Made by a program: the position numbers and the translations under genes
Part shown: positions 1-13,147 of the stretch, one piece after another
Layout of the letters: the number at the start of each line of letters is the position of its first letter
Numbering within the stretch: the stretch's first letter is position 1
From: Anthoceros angustus
Taxonomy: Eukaryota; Plantae; Anthocerotophyta
Reading direction: 5' to 3'
Assembly (NCBI GenBank): GCA_010909165.1
Contig: MU008151.1
Span: 248,001-312,000, forward strand
Length of the DNA: 64,000 bases
The notes under the pieces: generated by a model
Told to the model about the DNA's origin: nothing
What the model saw: only the letters and a program-made list of their open reading frames with translations
Databases searched by the model: none

Positions 1-54
1 TTAGAAAAGGTGTAATTTTAACAATAAATTAGTTTTACAGAGTTTACAAAAAAA

Positions 55-1492
55 TTATTTTACTCCAATTACACACTCTGTAAGTTTGAAATAGTAAGCC
101 AATAGCTTTTGTTCCACGGGAAAAAGTGATGCAATGGAAAAGCTGTTGTTAAGATCCAATCGATAGCCAAATGAAAGCGGTGTGTAACTTGCAAACCCGA
201 GTGCGACCGCGCTTGACTCGGTGTTGGACTCGTACACTCAAGTGCCGAGGATACATCTATACACAACTTTCGACAAAAAAATATATTAGTTTTTAATAAA
301 CTAATAAATATTAAATATTTTAGTAAAATAACTTTAATTTTTGCCCAAAGTATAGCCTTCTATATTGTATTGAAGATAACAAATCTTTGCAATCGTAGGA
401 TGGTTGATCAACTATACACATATATGTTTTGAATATTTTTGTGTTATAGATAAATTATATTTTGGATGCCCATGATATCTGCTATCCAATACGGTTCAAA
501 TGAGGATGAAATTTTCTGATCTTCATCAACTAGTGAAAATAAAAATATGTTCAATGTTTCATTTTGTCTCATTGGGGTTCCCCTTCCACTGTGCAAAGTC
601 AATAAGCCGTTGGTTGTAAGCATGCCTTCGTAAATTTGCATTTTCTCACCTTTTGTTGGCCATCCTGTTTCTCCAACTATGATTTGCATATTACCATAAC
701 ATCCACATCCATTAAAGTGCTACTACACATGTCATATGATGCTTGAAATAAACTAGGATATGGCATTTGTGTTAATTTGTTGCATTCAAAAGCATATGCT
801 AGAGGAATCGATCATTACTATCGAGAGCATAGAAAGGATATACATTTATTGAAAATACCCTCAATTTTATCTAAAAATGCTACAATATCTTTCATAACAT
901 ATGATAGATCCTCACGAAATGTTGATTGTGATGGAATACTCGAACTTGAAACAACATCATAATTGAAAGTTGTAAGCCTTATGGTATCGACCATATATTT
1001 TCTTCAAAGCTTGATATAAATTTTGTAATGGGAGTAACATAGGAGCAAAATTTTGATTCGAGAAAAGTAAAGAGGTTCGTTCCCAAGACCAATATACCCG
1101 CAATAAAAGATTGAATTAGTGTTCCACAAAGAAATTCATACAAAACCTTCACGTTTACAATGAATTTCTCCTTACATGATATTTGTACCACGGTGTTTAT
1201 ATGGCTTTACATTCTTTTGAATCCATTTACGCATTATGGACACTTTGAGAAAAGCATAATTATATCAATTTCAGTTCCTAGCATCACTCCGATTTACGAA
1301 GATGAAGCTAAGCGCATCCAAGGTCAGCATTTGGTGAAAAAATTTCACTTGATCAAAGCCATATCTTTTAATTAACTGAACCGCAAATGATGGGTCTAAG
1401 CGTTGAGATGAAGTCATTCCCCAATTTATTCCAATCCCTTCTGTTGTCAAACTTAAACAACATAATACTATGCAAAATAATATAAACTTCAT
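55..1492 (-). pseudogene. Glucan endo-1,3-beta-glucosidase (GH17), frameshifted, left-arm copy
   Basis: Signal peptide MKFILFCIVLCCLSL, then IGINWGMTSSQRL..QVKFF, GNEP (acid/base Glu), IIVGETGWPT (nucleophile region) and GTPMR..IFLFSLVDED..FEPYW, spread over several frames. The 3' end is approximate and the frameshifts may be sequencing errors. Confidence 0.85.
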
Positions 1493-1672
1493 TATAACGA
1501 TTTGAAAGAAGGCTCCTTCGTAACGCAAACTTTTCTGTGAGACCTAATGGTACATTGGTCTTGCATGCAAAATCATGCCGCATGTGTATCTTTAAAAACC
1601 ATCTAATACTTTTGACAAAATCTCATTTTATAGTTCTCCTAGGAGCACCTCTCACTATGGAGCCAAGATATA

Positions 1673-2086
1673 TGTAGCAAGTGCCGGACAACCAACAGCC
1701 TTGGATCGCGCCAATTCACTCCTGCTCCAAGATGTGCACAAAAATCTCACAACGTTTTATTTCTCACGACACAATTCTAGGCCCCCAGCAGTCCAGCGCG
1801 CACAAATGACTCATAAAAGACCTCCTAAAGGCTGCTCTTTATTCACAAAGTACATATTAGAGTCCAGCCATTACGCCCCTTTGGCTAGGGCACTTAGACT
1901 CAATGAGAACTTAGCTCTTCTAGCTAGATCTCCACAATCCCCAATGTAAAGCATAAGCTTTTAGGCTAACCCTTTTGTATCTCAGAAGCTCGCCCCAATT
2001 GGAAAATTAGAATACTTGGATTGTTTGCAAGCCACATATCTCTAGGAGGTCCTCTTCAGGCAGCTACCACTTCAGTGGTTGTAACA
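1673..2086 (-). mobile_element. Probable 3' LTR remnant, about 410 bp (mirror copy at 7337-7731)
   Basis: TG...CA ends (TGTTACAA...TTGCTACA on the - strand) immediately preceded by the purine tract AGAGAGGGAA. No TSD seen. Confidence 0.5.
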
Positions 2087-3299
2087 TTCCCTCTCTAGGC
2101 AGGTTATAATACAACTAATCTGAACAATGGCCAAGAAAGAAAGCTGTTAATGTAATCATCGTCCATAAAATATTTTTGAATATTTTAAATAAGTTAGAAG
2201 CCATATGGAGAATAGATTTTCAAATTACAATATAGGATGTTAATATGAATGTGTTTCAAACAAAAACTTCTAATATGGTAGTCCTCTTCAATGAATTAAT
2301 TATCAATATATCTATTAATAATTATGGAAGAAGTCATATAAAGAAGGTAAGCGCAGCCCAAAATTATCACGAAATAAAATTGATAAGTTGAGATAGTGGT
2401 TATTAAGGTTTATTTAGAGCTTAAGAAAACCTAGCTTGGGAAAGAAAAGTACCCGTACCTCGAAGGGTGGTTCAACAGGATAATGCCGAAATAATTATTT
2501 TTGAAAAAACAAGGTTCAACATAAATATTTATATTTTCAAAATTTCAACATTTACAAAAATAATTTTATCAAATTTCAAAATTTATTAAAATATATAGGT
2601 ATATATAAAACTAATGGATATGTATAGATCTCCCTAAATAGGCTAATTTTCCACAAAAACCCTAGTTTCCTTTTTCGGCATCATAAACTCATAAATTTTT
2701 ACCTATTCAACATTTTAACTATAATAATTTCTGGATTTTCAACTTTTACTAATTTTAATTAATTAACGCGAATCACCCTTGGGAGGTAGTAGGGAAGAAA
2801 AAACTTAAAACCCACTCTATATTTGGGTGAGAGTAGCGGTCTACAAATAATCTTCCTAAACTCTTGTGGAGAAGGTTTGATGAGGTTGGAAGGAAACTTT
2901 AATGAGAGTTGGAAAGAGTTAAATACTACAAGGGCTAACCTCGTATATGGGTAGATGGTCCAACGTCCCTAATGAGCAGCTGGGAATTGGTATAGGAGGA
3001 TGGCGGGCTACTTGGAGGCCTAGTGTGGGTGCGTCTAGTGTGCGTTATAAAAAAAGCGTGTTTTGCCCTAGAAAAAATATAAATATAAATTATATATTAA
3101 TATATTTTAAAAGTCACGTAATTTGGAATATAGACCAAGTCCAAGGTTTCCATGAGCTTCCAATTGATGGCATCGTGAAACCCCATGGACCCCTGGTTGG
3201 AACAGCTGGAATAATTGTGCCCCGTTCAGCACCAGTTGCCTTAGGATCTTCACTTTTGTGGGTGCTGGATGGGGTTGCTTTCTTTGTCTCCTACAGGCT

Positions 3300-4470
3300 C
3301 TGCCTGTAAGGTTTTGCCTCTGGCTATATCCAAACACGGTCTGGTTCTGCCTGTGCTCTTCTTGTAAGACCACCTTTGTAAAGCTTGTACAGGTTGTCCG
3401 CAAAAGAAAAACCCTGTCCACCAAACAAAACCCCAGAGCTTGTAAGTGATCTCAAGCTGCCATAATGCAGGGGAAACCGAACCTAGAGTACATGGAGTTT
3501 GACCACTACTGTAGACACCCTCAAGGCTGTGCAGATGAGGCTTGGAATTCTCGACATAAAGTAACATCTAAACTTTAACCGGAGACAAGCCTGGCCAGGG
3601 TGAACTGAGGCCAGCCTTTACTAACCCCAGAAAGCCGGGGGGTCCTCGATTTGTTTCAAGATGAATTCGAAAATAGGTTTGGATGATCTTTGCACCGAAA
3701 AATTTGCAGACATGCTTCTTGTCATGGCGTGAACCTCGGCTTTCCAACGAGCTCCCACTTGCCCAGATCCATGCCGGAAAGGCTTTGAAATCGCCATTGA
3801 TCTTTTCGACGAGGCATGCACGGGCAATTGCTCTGTGGCTTGGCACATACTAGACGGTCTTGAACCCCATACGCGTACGCTTGTGAAAGTGAGCTTGAGG
3901 ATGCTTTTCACAGTTCGCACAAAGCCATTTCGAACAAGCTTCAAGCTTCAGGTGACTTCAGGCATGCCTGGTGCGACGCCTACCGAAGGCAGCTGAAGCA
4001 ATGCATAGGCCTGCAACTTCAATGCAATCATACAACACATGCTTGGCTCTTGGGACGCTGCTATATATGCGGCAGGAAGCTGGGTTGTATGTATGTACAT
4101 GAAGGCCTTTTAGGGTTAGACGCTAGGGTTTGTGTCATCAGGCTGTGCTCTCAACTCTCAACAGTGCACCTTGTATGCTATGCTGTGGCTTCGTGCTCTA
4201 AAGCTCCTGTCCTGTATCTTTCATTCAAATTATTCTACAACCAACCAAACGGAACACCGAATTGAATGGGCCACGGAACACCGGTTGTTCCTTCAGTTTG
4301 AACACAGTGATGAGATCTGCTGCAACCCGGAGAAGAGATTGAATCATCGAGTGCTGCCTGTAGAGGGCGAACGCATGTTGGCAAGTCGACATGGCCGAGA
4401 CGGAGACATCCAGCGACGAGATGATCCAGGCTGTAGAGGGCGCTGGGCGAGAAGCTGAAGTGGACTGATC
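3300..4470 (+). repeat. Segmental duplicate of about 22130-23220 (upstream region and 5' end of the orphan gene at 23133), truncated at the fold-back centre
   Basis: Long near-identical runs, e.g. gtagacaccctcaaggctgtgcagatgaggcttggaattctcgacataaag, and atggccgaga..ggagacatccagcga..gctgggcgagaagctgaagtggactgatccgc, occur in both places. Confidence 0.9.
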
Positions 4471-5574
4471 CGCTTTTGTCCTGATTCAGATCCAAAGGAG
4501 GCGGATCCTTCCACTTCAGCTTCGCCCAGCGCCCTCTACAGCCTGGATCATCTCGTCGCTGGATGTCTCCGTCTCGGCCATGTCGACTTGCCAACATGCG
4601 TTCGCCCTCTACAGGCAGCACTCGATGATTCAATCTCTTCTCCGGGTTGCAGCAGATCTCATCACTGTGTTCAAACTGAAGGAACAACCGGTGTTCCGTG
4701 GCCCATTCAATTCGGTGTTCCGTTTGGTTGGTTGTAGAATAATTTGAATGAAAGATACAGGACAGGAGCTTTAGAGCACGAAGCCACAGCATAGCATACA
4801 AGGTGCACTGTTGAGAGTTGAGAGCACAGCATGACGAGACAAACCCTAGAAGAAGAAGAATGATAGACAAACCCTAGAGCCTAGCCCTAAAGGCCTTCCA
4901 TGTACATACATACAACCCAGCTTCCTGCCGCATATATAGCAGCGTCCCAAGAGCCAAGCATGTGTTGTATGATTGCATTGAAGTTGCAGGCCTATGCATT
5001 GCTTCAGCTGCCTTCGAGCTGTCTGCACAAATCTTGAATGTCCAAGTTCTACGAAACAAAAGGCATATGCTACTTCAGGGAAAGTTCTAGGCAAACATGT
5101 TGATGCTGATCAATGTCCAGGACAAGGACAAGACGGGGCTATCTTCAGCTCAAGGAGAGGATCCACGTTCCTGTACACACGTCACCGCATCAGCCTGTAC
5201 GCGTCGCATGCCTGAAGTCACCTGAAGCTTGAAGCTTGTTTCGAAATGGCATTGTGTGATCTGTGAATTAACGTGCGCGTATGAAGTTCAAGACCGTCTA
5301 GTATGTGCCAAGCCACAGAGCAATTGCCCGTGCATGCCTCGTCGAAAAGATCAATGGCGATTTCAAAGCCTTTCCGGCATGGATCTGGGCAAGTGGGAGC
5401 TCGTTGGAAAGCCGAGGTTCACGCCATGACAAGAAGCGTTTCTGCAAAATTTTCGGTCCAGAGATGTGAAACCAGATCGTCCAAACCTATTTTCGAATTC
5501 ATCTTGAAACAAATCGAGGACCCCCCGGCTTTCTGGGGTTAGTAAAGGCTGGCCTCAGTTCACCCTGGCCAGGC

Positions 5575-5865
5575 TGTAACAGTTGACACCGACTTTCGAC
5601 ACTAGTGCGGGGATGTAGTGGAAGTAGAGCCCCACCATGGAGCTTGGAGTTCTGCGAATAGGTGGAATTGCCTTGAGAAGTGTGGAAGATGTGGATTACA
5701 CCCTTAATCGAAGGCCTATAGGGTGTTGTGTCCTAAGTGAAGGGTTCTCATCGATGAGATCCTAGGCTGCACGTGTACTGTCGCTGCCACAAGAGAAGTT
5801 GTGCCTCTTCAGCCTTCAAGCGGTGACTATATCTCAATCTAGGGTCCACTTTCTGGTCTGTGACA
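5575..5865. mobile_element. Possible solo LTR (291 bp), present only in the right arm of the fold-back
   Basis: Begins TGTAACAG and ends CTGTGACA (7/8 inverted match). Absent from the left arm. No TSD. Confidence 0.5.
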
Positions 5866-7913
5866 CGGTGGTGTGGAAGCAATCCATTCCAAGCCTTCAT
5901 CTGCCTTGAGGGTGTCTACAGTAGTGGTCAAACTCCATGTACTCTAGGTTCGGTTTCCCCTGCATTATGGCAGCTTGAGATCACTTACAAGCTCTGGGGT
6001 TTGTTTGGTGGACAGGGTTTTTTCTTTTGCGGACAACCTGTACAAGCTTTACAAAGGTGGTCTTACAAGAAGAGCACAGGCAGAACCAGACCGTGTTTGG
6101 ATATAGCCAGAGGCAAAACCTTACAGGCAGAGCCTGTAGGAGACAAAGAAAGCAACCCCATCCAGCACCCACAAAAGTGAAGATCCTAAGGCAACTGGTG
6201 CTGAACGGGGCACAATTATTCCAGCTGTTCCAACCAGGGGTCCATGGGGTTTCACGATGCCATCAATTGGAAGCTCATGGAAACCTTGGACTTGGTCTAT
6301 ATTCCAAATTACGTGACTTTTAAAATATATTAATATATAATTTATATTTATATTTTTCTAGGGCAAAACACGCTTTTTTATAACGCACACTAGACGCACC
6401 CACACTAGGCCTCCAAGTAGCCCGCCATCCTCCTATACCAATTCCCAGCTGCTCATTAGGGACGTTGGACCATCTACCCATATACGAGGTTAGCCCTTGT
6501 AGTATTTAACTCTTTCCAACTCTCATTAAAGTTTCCTTCCAACCTCATCAAACCTTCTCCACAAGAGTTTAGGAAGATTATTTGTAGACCGCTACTCTCA
6601 CCCAAATATAGAGTGGGTTTTTAAGTTTTTTCTTCCCTACTACCTCCCAAGGGTGATTCGCGTTAATTAATTAAAATTAGTAAAAGTTGAAAATCCAGAA
6701 ATTATTATAGTTAAAATGTTGAATAGGTAAAAATTTATGAGTTTATGATGCCGAAAAAGGAAACTAGGGTTTTTGTGGAAAATTAGCCTATTTAGGGAGA
6801 TCTATACATATCCATTAGTTTTATATATACCTATATATTTTAATAAATTTTGAAATTTGATAAAATTATTTTTGTAAATGTTGAAATTTTGAAAATATAA
6901 ATATTTATGTTGAACCTTGTTTTTTCAAAAATAATTATTTCGGCATTATCCTGTTGAACCACCCTTCGAGGTACGGGTACTTTTCTTCCCAAGCTAGGTT
7001 TTCTTAAGCTCTAAATAAACCTTAATAACCACTATCTCAACTTATCAATTTTATTTCGTGATAATTTTGGGCTGCGCTTACCTTCTTTATATGACTTCTT
7101 CCATAATTATTAATAGATATATTGATAATTAATTCATTGAAGAGGACTACCATATTAGAAGTTTTTGTTTGAAACACATTCATATTAACATCCTATATTG
7201 TAATTTGAAAATCTATTCTCCATATGGTTTAACTTATTTAAAATATTCAAAAATATTTTATGGACGATGATTACATTAATGCTTTCTTTCTTGGCCATTG
7301 TTCGATTAGTTGTATTATAACCGCCTAGAGAGGGAATGTTACAACCACCAAGTGGTAGTCATCAAGAGGACCTCCTAGAGATATGTGGCTTGCAAACAAT
7401 CCAAGTATTCTAATTTTCCAATTGGGGCGAGCTTAGATACAAAAGGGTTAGCCTAAAAGCTTATGCTTACATTGGGGATTGTGGAGATCTAGCTAGAAGA
7501 GCTAAGTTCTCATTGAGTCTAAGTGCCCTAGCCAAGGGGCGAATGGCTGGACTCTAATATGTACTTTGTGAATAAAGAGCAGCCTTTAGGAGGTCTTTTA
7601 TGAGTCATTTATGCGCTACTGGATCAGCCTAGAATTGTGTCGTGAGAAATAAACGTTGTGAGATTTTTGCACATCTTGGAGCAGGAGTGAATTACGCGAT
7701 CCAAGGTCGTTGGTTGTCCGCACTTGCTACATATATCTTGGCTCCATAGTGAGAGGTGCTCCTAGGAGAACTATAAAATGAGATTTTGTCAAAAGTATTA
7801 GATGGTTTTTAAAGATACACATGCGGCATGATTTTGCATGCAAGACCAATGTACCATTAGGTCTCACACAGAAAAGTTTGCGTTACGAAGGAGCCTTCTT
7901 TCAAATCGTTATA

Positions 7914-9370
7914 ATGAAGTTTATATTATTTTGCATAGTATTATGTTGTTTAAGTTTGACAATGTATGGGATTGAATAAATTGGGGAATGACTTCATCTC
8001 AACGCTTAGACCCATCATTTGCGGTTCAGTTAATTAAAAGATATGGCTTTGATCAAGTGAAATTTTTTCACCAAATGCTGACCTTGGATGCGCTTAGCTT
8101 CATCTTCGTAAATCGGAGTGATGCTAGGAACTGAAAATTCTGATATAATTGCGTTTTCTCAAAGTGTCCATAATGCGTCGAAATGGATTCAAAAGAATGT
8201 AAAGCCATATAAACACCGTGGTACAAATATCATGTAAGGAGAAATTCATTGTAAACGTGAAGGTTTTGTATGAATTTCTTTTGTGGAACACTAATTCAAT
8301 CTTTTATTGCGGGTATATTGGTCTTGGGAACGAACCTCTTTACTTTTCTCGAATCAAAATTTTGCTCCTATGTTACTCCCAGCCTTACAAAATTTATATC
8401 AAGCTTTGAAGAAAGAAAATATATGGTCGATACCATAAGGCTTACAATCCTTTCAATTATGATGTTGTTTCAAGTTCGAGTATTCCATCACAATCAACAT
8501 TTCGTGAGGATCTATCATATGTTATGAAAGATATTGTAGCATTTTTAGATAAAATTGAGGGTATTTTCAATAAATGTATATCCTTTCTATGCTCTCGATA
8601 GTAATGATCGATTCCTCTAGCATATGCTTTTGAATGCAACAAATTAACACAAATGCCATATCCTAGTTTATTTCAAGCATCATATGACATGTGTAGTAGC
8701 ACTTTAATGGATGTGGATGTTATGGTAATATGCAAATCATAGTTGGAGAAACAGGATGGCCAACAAAAGGTGAGAAAATGCAAATTTACGAAGGCATGCT
8801 TACAACCAACGGCTTATTGACTTTGCACAGTGGAAGGGGAACCCCAATGAGACAAAATGAAACATTGAACATATTTTTATTTTCACTAGTTGATGAAGAT
8901 CAGAAAATTTCATCCTCATTTGAACCGTATTGGATAGCAGATATCATGGGCATCCAAAATATAATTTATCTATAACACAAAAATATTCAAAACATATATG
9001 TGTATAGTTGATAATCAACCATCCTACGATTGCAAAGATTTGTTATCTTCAATACAATATAGAAGGCTATACTTTGGGCAAAATAAAGTTATTTTACTAA
9101 AATATTTAATATTTATTAGTTTATTAAAAAAACTAATATATTTTTTTGTCGAAAGTTTGTGTATAGATGTATCCCTCGGCACTTGAGTGTACGAGTCCAA
9201 CACCGGAGTCAAGCGCGGTCGCACTCGGGTTTGCAAGTTACACACCGTTTGCTGGCTATCGATTGGATCTTAACAACAGGCTTTTCCATTGCATCACTTT
9301 TTTCCCGGTGGAACAAAAGCTATTGGCTTACTATTTCAAACTTACAGAGTGTGTAATTGGAGTAAAATAA
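7914..9370 (+). pseudogene. GH17 beta-1,3-glucanase, frameshifted, right-arm copy
   Basis: ATG at 7914. YIGLGNEP (ORF 8218), IIVGETGWPTKG (ORF 8730), then a Cys-containing tail CIVDNQPSYDCKDL. Confidence 0.85.
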
Positions 9371-9629
9371 TTTTTTTTTTGTAAACTCTGTAAAAACTAA
9401 TTTATTGTTAAAATTACACCTTTTCTAAAAATAAAATACTAAGTGAAGGGGCACTCAACCCAGCACCCTATCTATGGTAGTCAATTAGATAGAGACACTT
9501 AAGTATAGTGGTAAACAAGTTCAACTTATTGTAGATGTAATTTATATATTTTCAAGATTTTTCAATTAGATTGATGTTGAATTCTTAATTTCTAGAAAGT
9601 TTAAAATTTGAATTCTCAATTCGCTGGAA

Positions 9630-10320
9630 GACAAACAAACAAATTTATTTGAAGTGCACTAACGATGAACATGCCGCCATGGCACTTGGTTCTCGTGGCA
9701 ACTTGCTCAATGAAGTCAACTAGGCTAATAGCACTAGAGGCATTGCTCTCTAAGTACCCCATCCAGGTCTAAGTCATTGGTCTCTAGGTATGGTAGGTAA
9801 CTACCCCATCCATGTCTGAGTCATGGGTCTCTAGGTACTCTAGGTACCCCTTCGCCATGGCACTTGGTTCTCCGCACAATTTGCTCCATGGAGTCAACTA
9901 GGCTACTAGCACTGGAGGCATTGCTCTCGAGGTACCTCATCCAGGTCCAAGGCATTGGTCTCTAGGTACCCAATTTGGGTCCGAGGCATTACTCTCTAAG
10001 TACCCCATTCCGGTCTGAGGCATTGGTCTCTAGGTACCCCATCTGGGTTGAGGCATTGCTTTCTAGGTACCCCATCCAAGTCTGAGTCATTTCTCTCTAA
10101 GTGCTCTAGGTACCCCATCTAGGTCCGAGGCATTGGTCTTTAGGTACCTCATCTGGGTCCGAGGTATTGCTCTGTAGCCCATCCACGCCCGAGGCATTGG
10201 TCTCTGGGTACTCTATCCGAGTCCGAGTCCGAGGCATTCGCTCGTACTCCCATCCAGGTCCCCTTTGTTGTGTAGAGACGTTCTTAAGATGTGTGTGTCC
10301 ATTTGGCTTAAGCCATTTGG
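9630..10320 (-). mobile_element. Non-LTR retroposon 3' fragment (second family) with a (TTTG)n tail
   Basis: The - strand starts tggcttaagccaaatggacacaca, shared with the 16112 and 57204 copies, and ends ttagtgcacttcaaataaatttgtttgtttg. Confidence 0.6.
9735..10262. repeat. Minisatellite with a 34-bp unit
   Basis: Unit approximately taccccatccaggtccgaggcattggtctctagg, more than 10 degenerate copies. Confidence 0.92.
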
Positions 10321-10537
10321 AGGTCAAAGAGATCTACTCAACGATATATCTATTTTACTTATACATAAAGATGGGTTCACCTATCTAATTTTAATTTTAT
10401 CATGTTACATGCGTAATTAGCGTTGTTGTGGGTTTCTCATTCTCCACTGCTCGTTGTATAATCACAATTGGGTAAAACGATAACGATATTCTAGCATCGA
10501 AATGGTGTTCTAATATCGAAGTGGGTGTAAAACAACC

Positions 10538-10639
10538 ACATGCCTGACAGATTCGAACTCTCGCAGACCAACCCATGTAGTTAAGTAAGCACAACAACAA
10601 CTTTATTTATGTCCACTAAACCTTTAACACCCCTTAACC
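10538..10639 (-). pseudogene. tRNA-Ser(GCT)-derived pseudogene, 3' portion, split again by a LINE tail
   Basis: - strand reads GGTTAAGGGGTG..[insert]..GTGCTTACTTAACTACATGGGTTGGTCTGCGAGAGTTCGAATCTGTCAGGC. This matches the plant tRNA-Ser(GCT) pattern GGTTAAGGCGTGTGCCTGCTAAGTACATGGG..GCGAGAGTTCGAATCTCTCAGGC. The anticodon is degenerate. Confidence 0.75.
10593..10619 (-). mobile_element. Extremely 5'-truncated LINE copy (3' tail only)
   Basis: ttagtggacataaataaagttgttgtt, identical to the LINE 3' end at 50047-50073. Confidence 0.85.
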
Positions 10640-13147
10640 AACAACAACAAAAACTTTATTTATGTCCACTAAGGATGGAAGAACCATCATGGGATGATAG
10701 TAACAGAAAAGAGGTTTAAAACCGAGTACACTTACGCACGTCGAACTAGAGAAGCGGTGCATGAGGGAAGCGTAAAAGAAGGCAAAGACTACAAGGAGTC
10801 CAACAAGGACTGCCAAGATCAAGAAGCTCGAGAGACATAGTCCAGAGCCTAGGAATGTGGAAAGAAAAAATCTGAGCGAGAAGCCGCACATTCAAAAGAA
10901 GAGAGTAACGAGACCGAATATCGGCATAGGGACAATAAAAGAGGAAGTGTGATTGATTCGGGATCCAAGGAGCAAAGCTTGCATCCTATCGTCTTGGGAG
11001 GGGTAGGCTTGAGCCAGCGGTCGGTCTCAATCCGGAGGTGGTGGGAGCTAACGAAATTGACCTATGAGTGTGCGGAGTTTGAAGGAAAGGTGGCAGGCGG
11101 GGTAGGAAATTTACGAGGGAGGATTAACTCGGAGCTCTCGTCTTTGTAAAAGCGGAGTCTAGAAGTGAGAGGGGAAAAGGAAAGAGGGGACCAGTGAGGC
11201 GAAGGTATCTTAATTTAAGGGCCTGCGAATGGAGTGGTTGGGGGATGTGAGAAAGGGGAGTTGGGAGGAGGGAGAGGGCCAAGGGGAGTCGAAAAGGTTC
11301 AAACTCGAATCTTCTAAGCGGTTGGCAGCTTGAGAAAGCCAAAGAAAAGAAGCTTGTGGGTCAAGATTGAGCCGAGCGGGAGGACCTAAAGGCAAGGAGG
11401 AGGTAAGGGGATCCAAAATGGGATTAGCAATATCAAGGAGGTGGAGGCGGTAAAGAAAGGATGAGAGACGAAAAAGGCCATCAAGTTCGAGGGAAAGGCT
11501 GCAAATTCGTAAAGGAGGATGGGTAATGGAGTCACGCTTACAAGCAATGTGAGCGGAGAAAGGAAGATTGAACCCTTTCCACCTTCGCCCAAGAAGAAGG
11601 GAAAGATCCGGCCCCAAATTTCAGCGCCATACAAGGCGGAGGGAATTACCATAGTGTTGAACCGCTCAAGATTGATATCACGAATTCATCACAGCAAAAC
11701 GGCGAAGAGCCCATCCCCTTGGTAGCGCGGGAGGAGGCGGAGGAGGTCCAGTTAAATTTAGGACCGAAAATAGTGATACCCAGATAAGTATAGGATCGAA
11801 CCATCTCCACCTTCTGACCATCATAATAAAATTTGCAATCACCCTTGTTATCCCGAGTGTTGAACCGCATAATCTTGGTCTTGCGCAGATTGACAAAGAG
11901 ACCCTTGGTTTTGCAAAAAAGGGATAAAACATCCAGTTGCAGGCCCTCTGGGGAATGAGGTAAAAGAACAATATTATCCGCATATAGGAGGATAGGAATA
12001 TTTTCCAGAAATAGCCGAGCACTAGGGTCGCCACATCGAAGAAGCCATTCCTCAAGCTCATCAATATACAATCCAAAGAGATTTGGGGACAAAGGGTCGC
12101 GAACGCCAAGTTGGATAGGGATCCGTGGGAAGACAAACCACGGGAGTCTTGATTCGAGCAAAGACCCTTTGTAGAGAAGGGTAGCAAGATGCCACAAATG
12201 AGGAGGCATCTTAAGAGATTGAAGTCTCAAACAACTTATCCCAAGGCATGAGTTGAAAGCACGCTTAAAGTCAACAAAACAACGATGACGTGCTTCTTCG
12301 GATGTCGAGCCCCTTCAACAATAGCCCGGAGGGTAAAAGATGATCCAAAGTATTCAGGCCGGGCAGAAACAGCCGAGCACCTTAGCCTCCTCAGAAGTAG
12401 TCAAGATCTCCAAACTAGAGCTAAAGATCTTAGCATAGATAGACTCCACGGTGATAAATCGGTAATTAGAAGGGAGATAAGGGTGACCTTGAGAATGGAG
12501 TGGATATCATTCTCACACCAAGGATCGAAACCGAAAGACAAAGCATCATTAAACAGAGAGGCAAGATGCGAGGAGAAGGAGGTAGAGTCAAGAACCGGAA
12601 TAAATCCCGGGGATACCATTAGGGTCGATGGTGTACCACGAGCTTGACAGCACGGGCAACTAGATTGGCGTGAAAACCCGAGACCGTGATCGAGGAATCA
12701 GGCAAGGAGGCAGAGGGATGTGGTAAAGACTATGAACATAGGAGAGGAGTTCAGAGTGGCTTTGAGAAGAATGGGTGAGCGGGTGTGGAATTCCTTCCAA
12801 AAGGCGTAGCCACCGGGGCGTTGACAGAGATAAGACGGTGTGTTCAGCTTGGATGAATTGGGACTTTTTCATGGAGATGAAGGCTTTGTAAGGCTTGTCA
12901 GTGGCTTTGTAAAGAGCAGAATGATGGGATCCGGGGAGGAGATTAAGTTGGCGCAAAGTGAGATGCAATTGAGAGCGCATGCGCTTACAATCCGCATTAA
13001 ACCAGGGATGGCGGGGGGTTGGTTTGCACGGGGAGGATGGCAAAATTTGAAAGGAAAAGTGGAGGGGGCAGAGGTGAGAACAGCAGAGGCGGAAGTGGCA
13101 GCGCGACAAGAAAAGGGGAGGGTGGGGGAATGGAAGCAAGGGAATGG
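10640..13147 (-). mobile_element. 5'-truncated LINE (RT region, C-terminus and (GTT)n tail), same family as 32942-50082
   Basis: RT motifs GVR..DPLSPNLFGLYID, ILLYADNIVL, GLFVNLRKTKIM and YTYLG. Reverse-complement match to about 45060-47195 plus 49671-50080. AATAAA followed by GTT repeats. Confidence 0.95.

Larger units (their letters stand above)
1..9428. repeat. Large imperfect inverted repeat (fold-back), centre about 4465-4509
   Basis: Base 1 ttagaaaaggtgtaatttt is the reverse complement of ...aaattacaccttttctaa at 9428. 4441-4464 pairs with about 4510-4531. ORFs 444-689(-) and 8730-8975(+) are identical. The right arm has extra segments at about 5016-5205 and 5575-5865. Confidence 0.97.

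Noticed and set aside
9735-10262. CRISPR-like array of 34-bp repeats (also the 36-bp array at 56534-56870)
   Set aside because: The units are head-to-tail with no unique spacers, there are no cas genes, and the context is eukaryotic.
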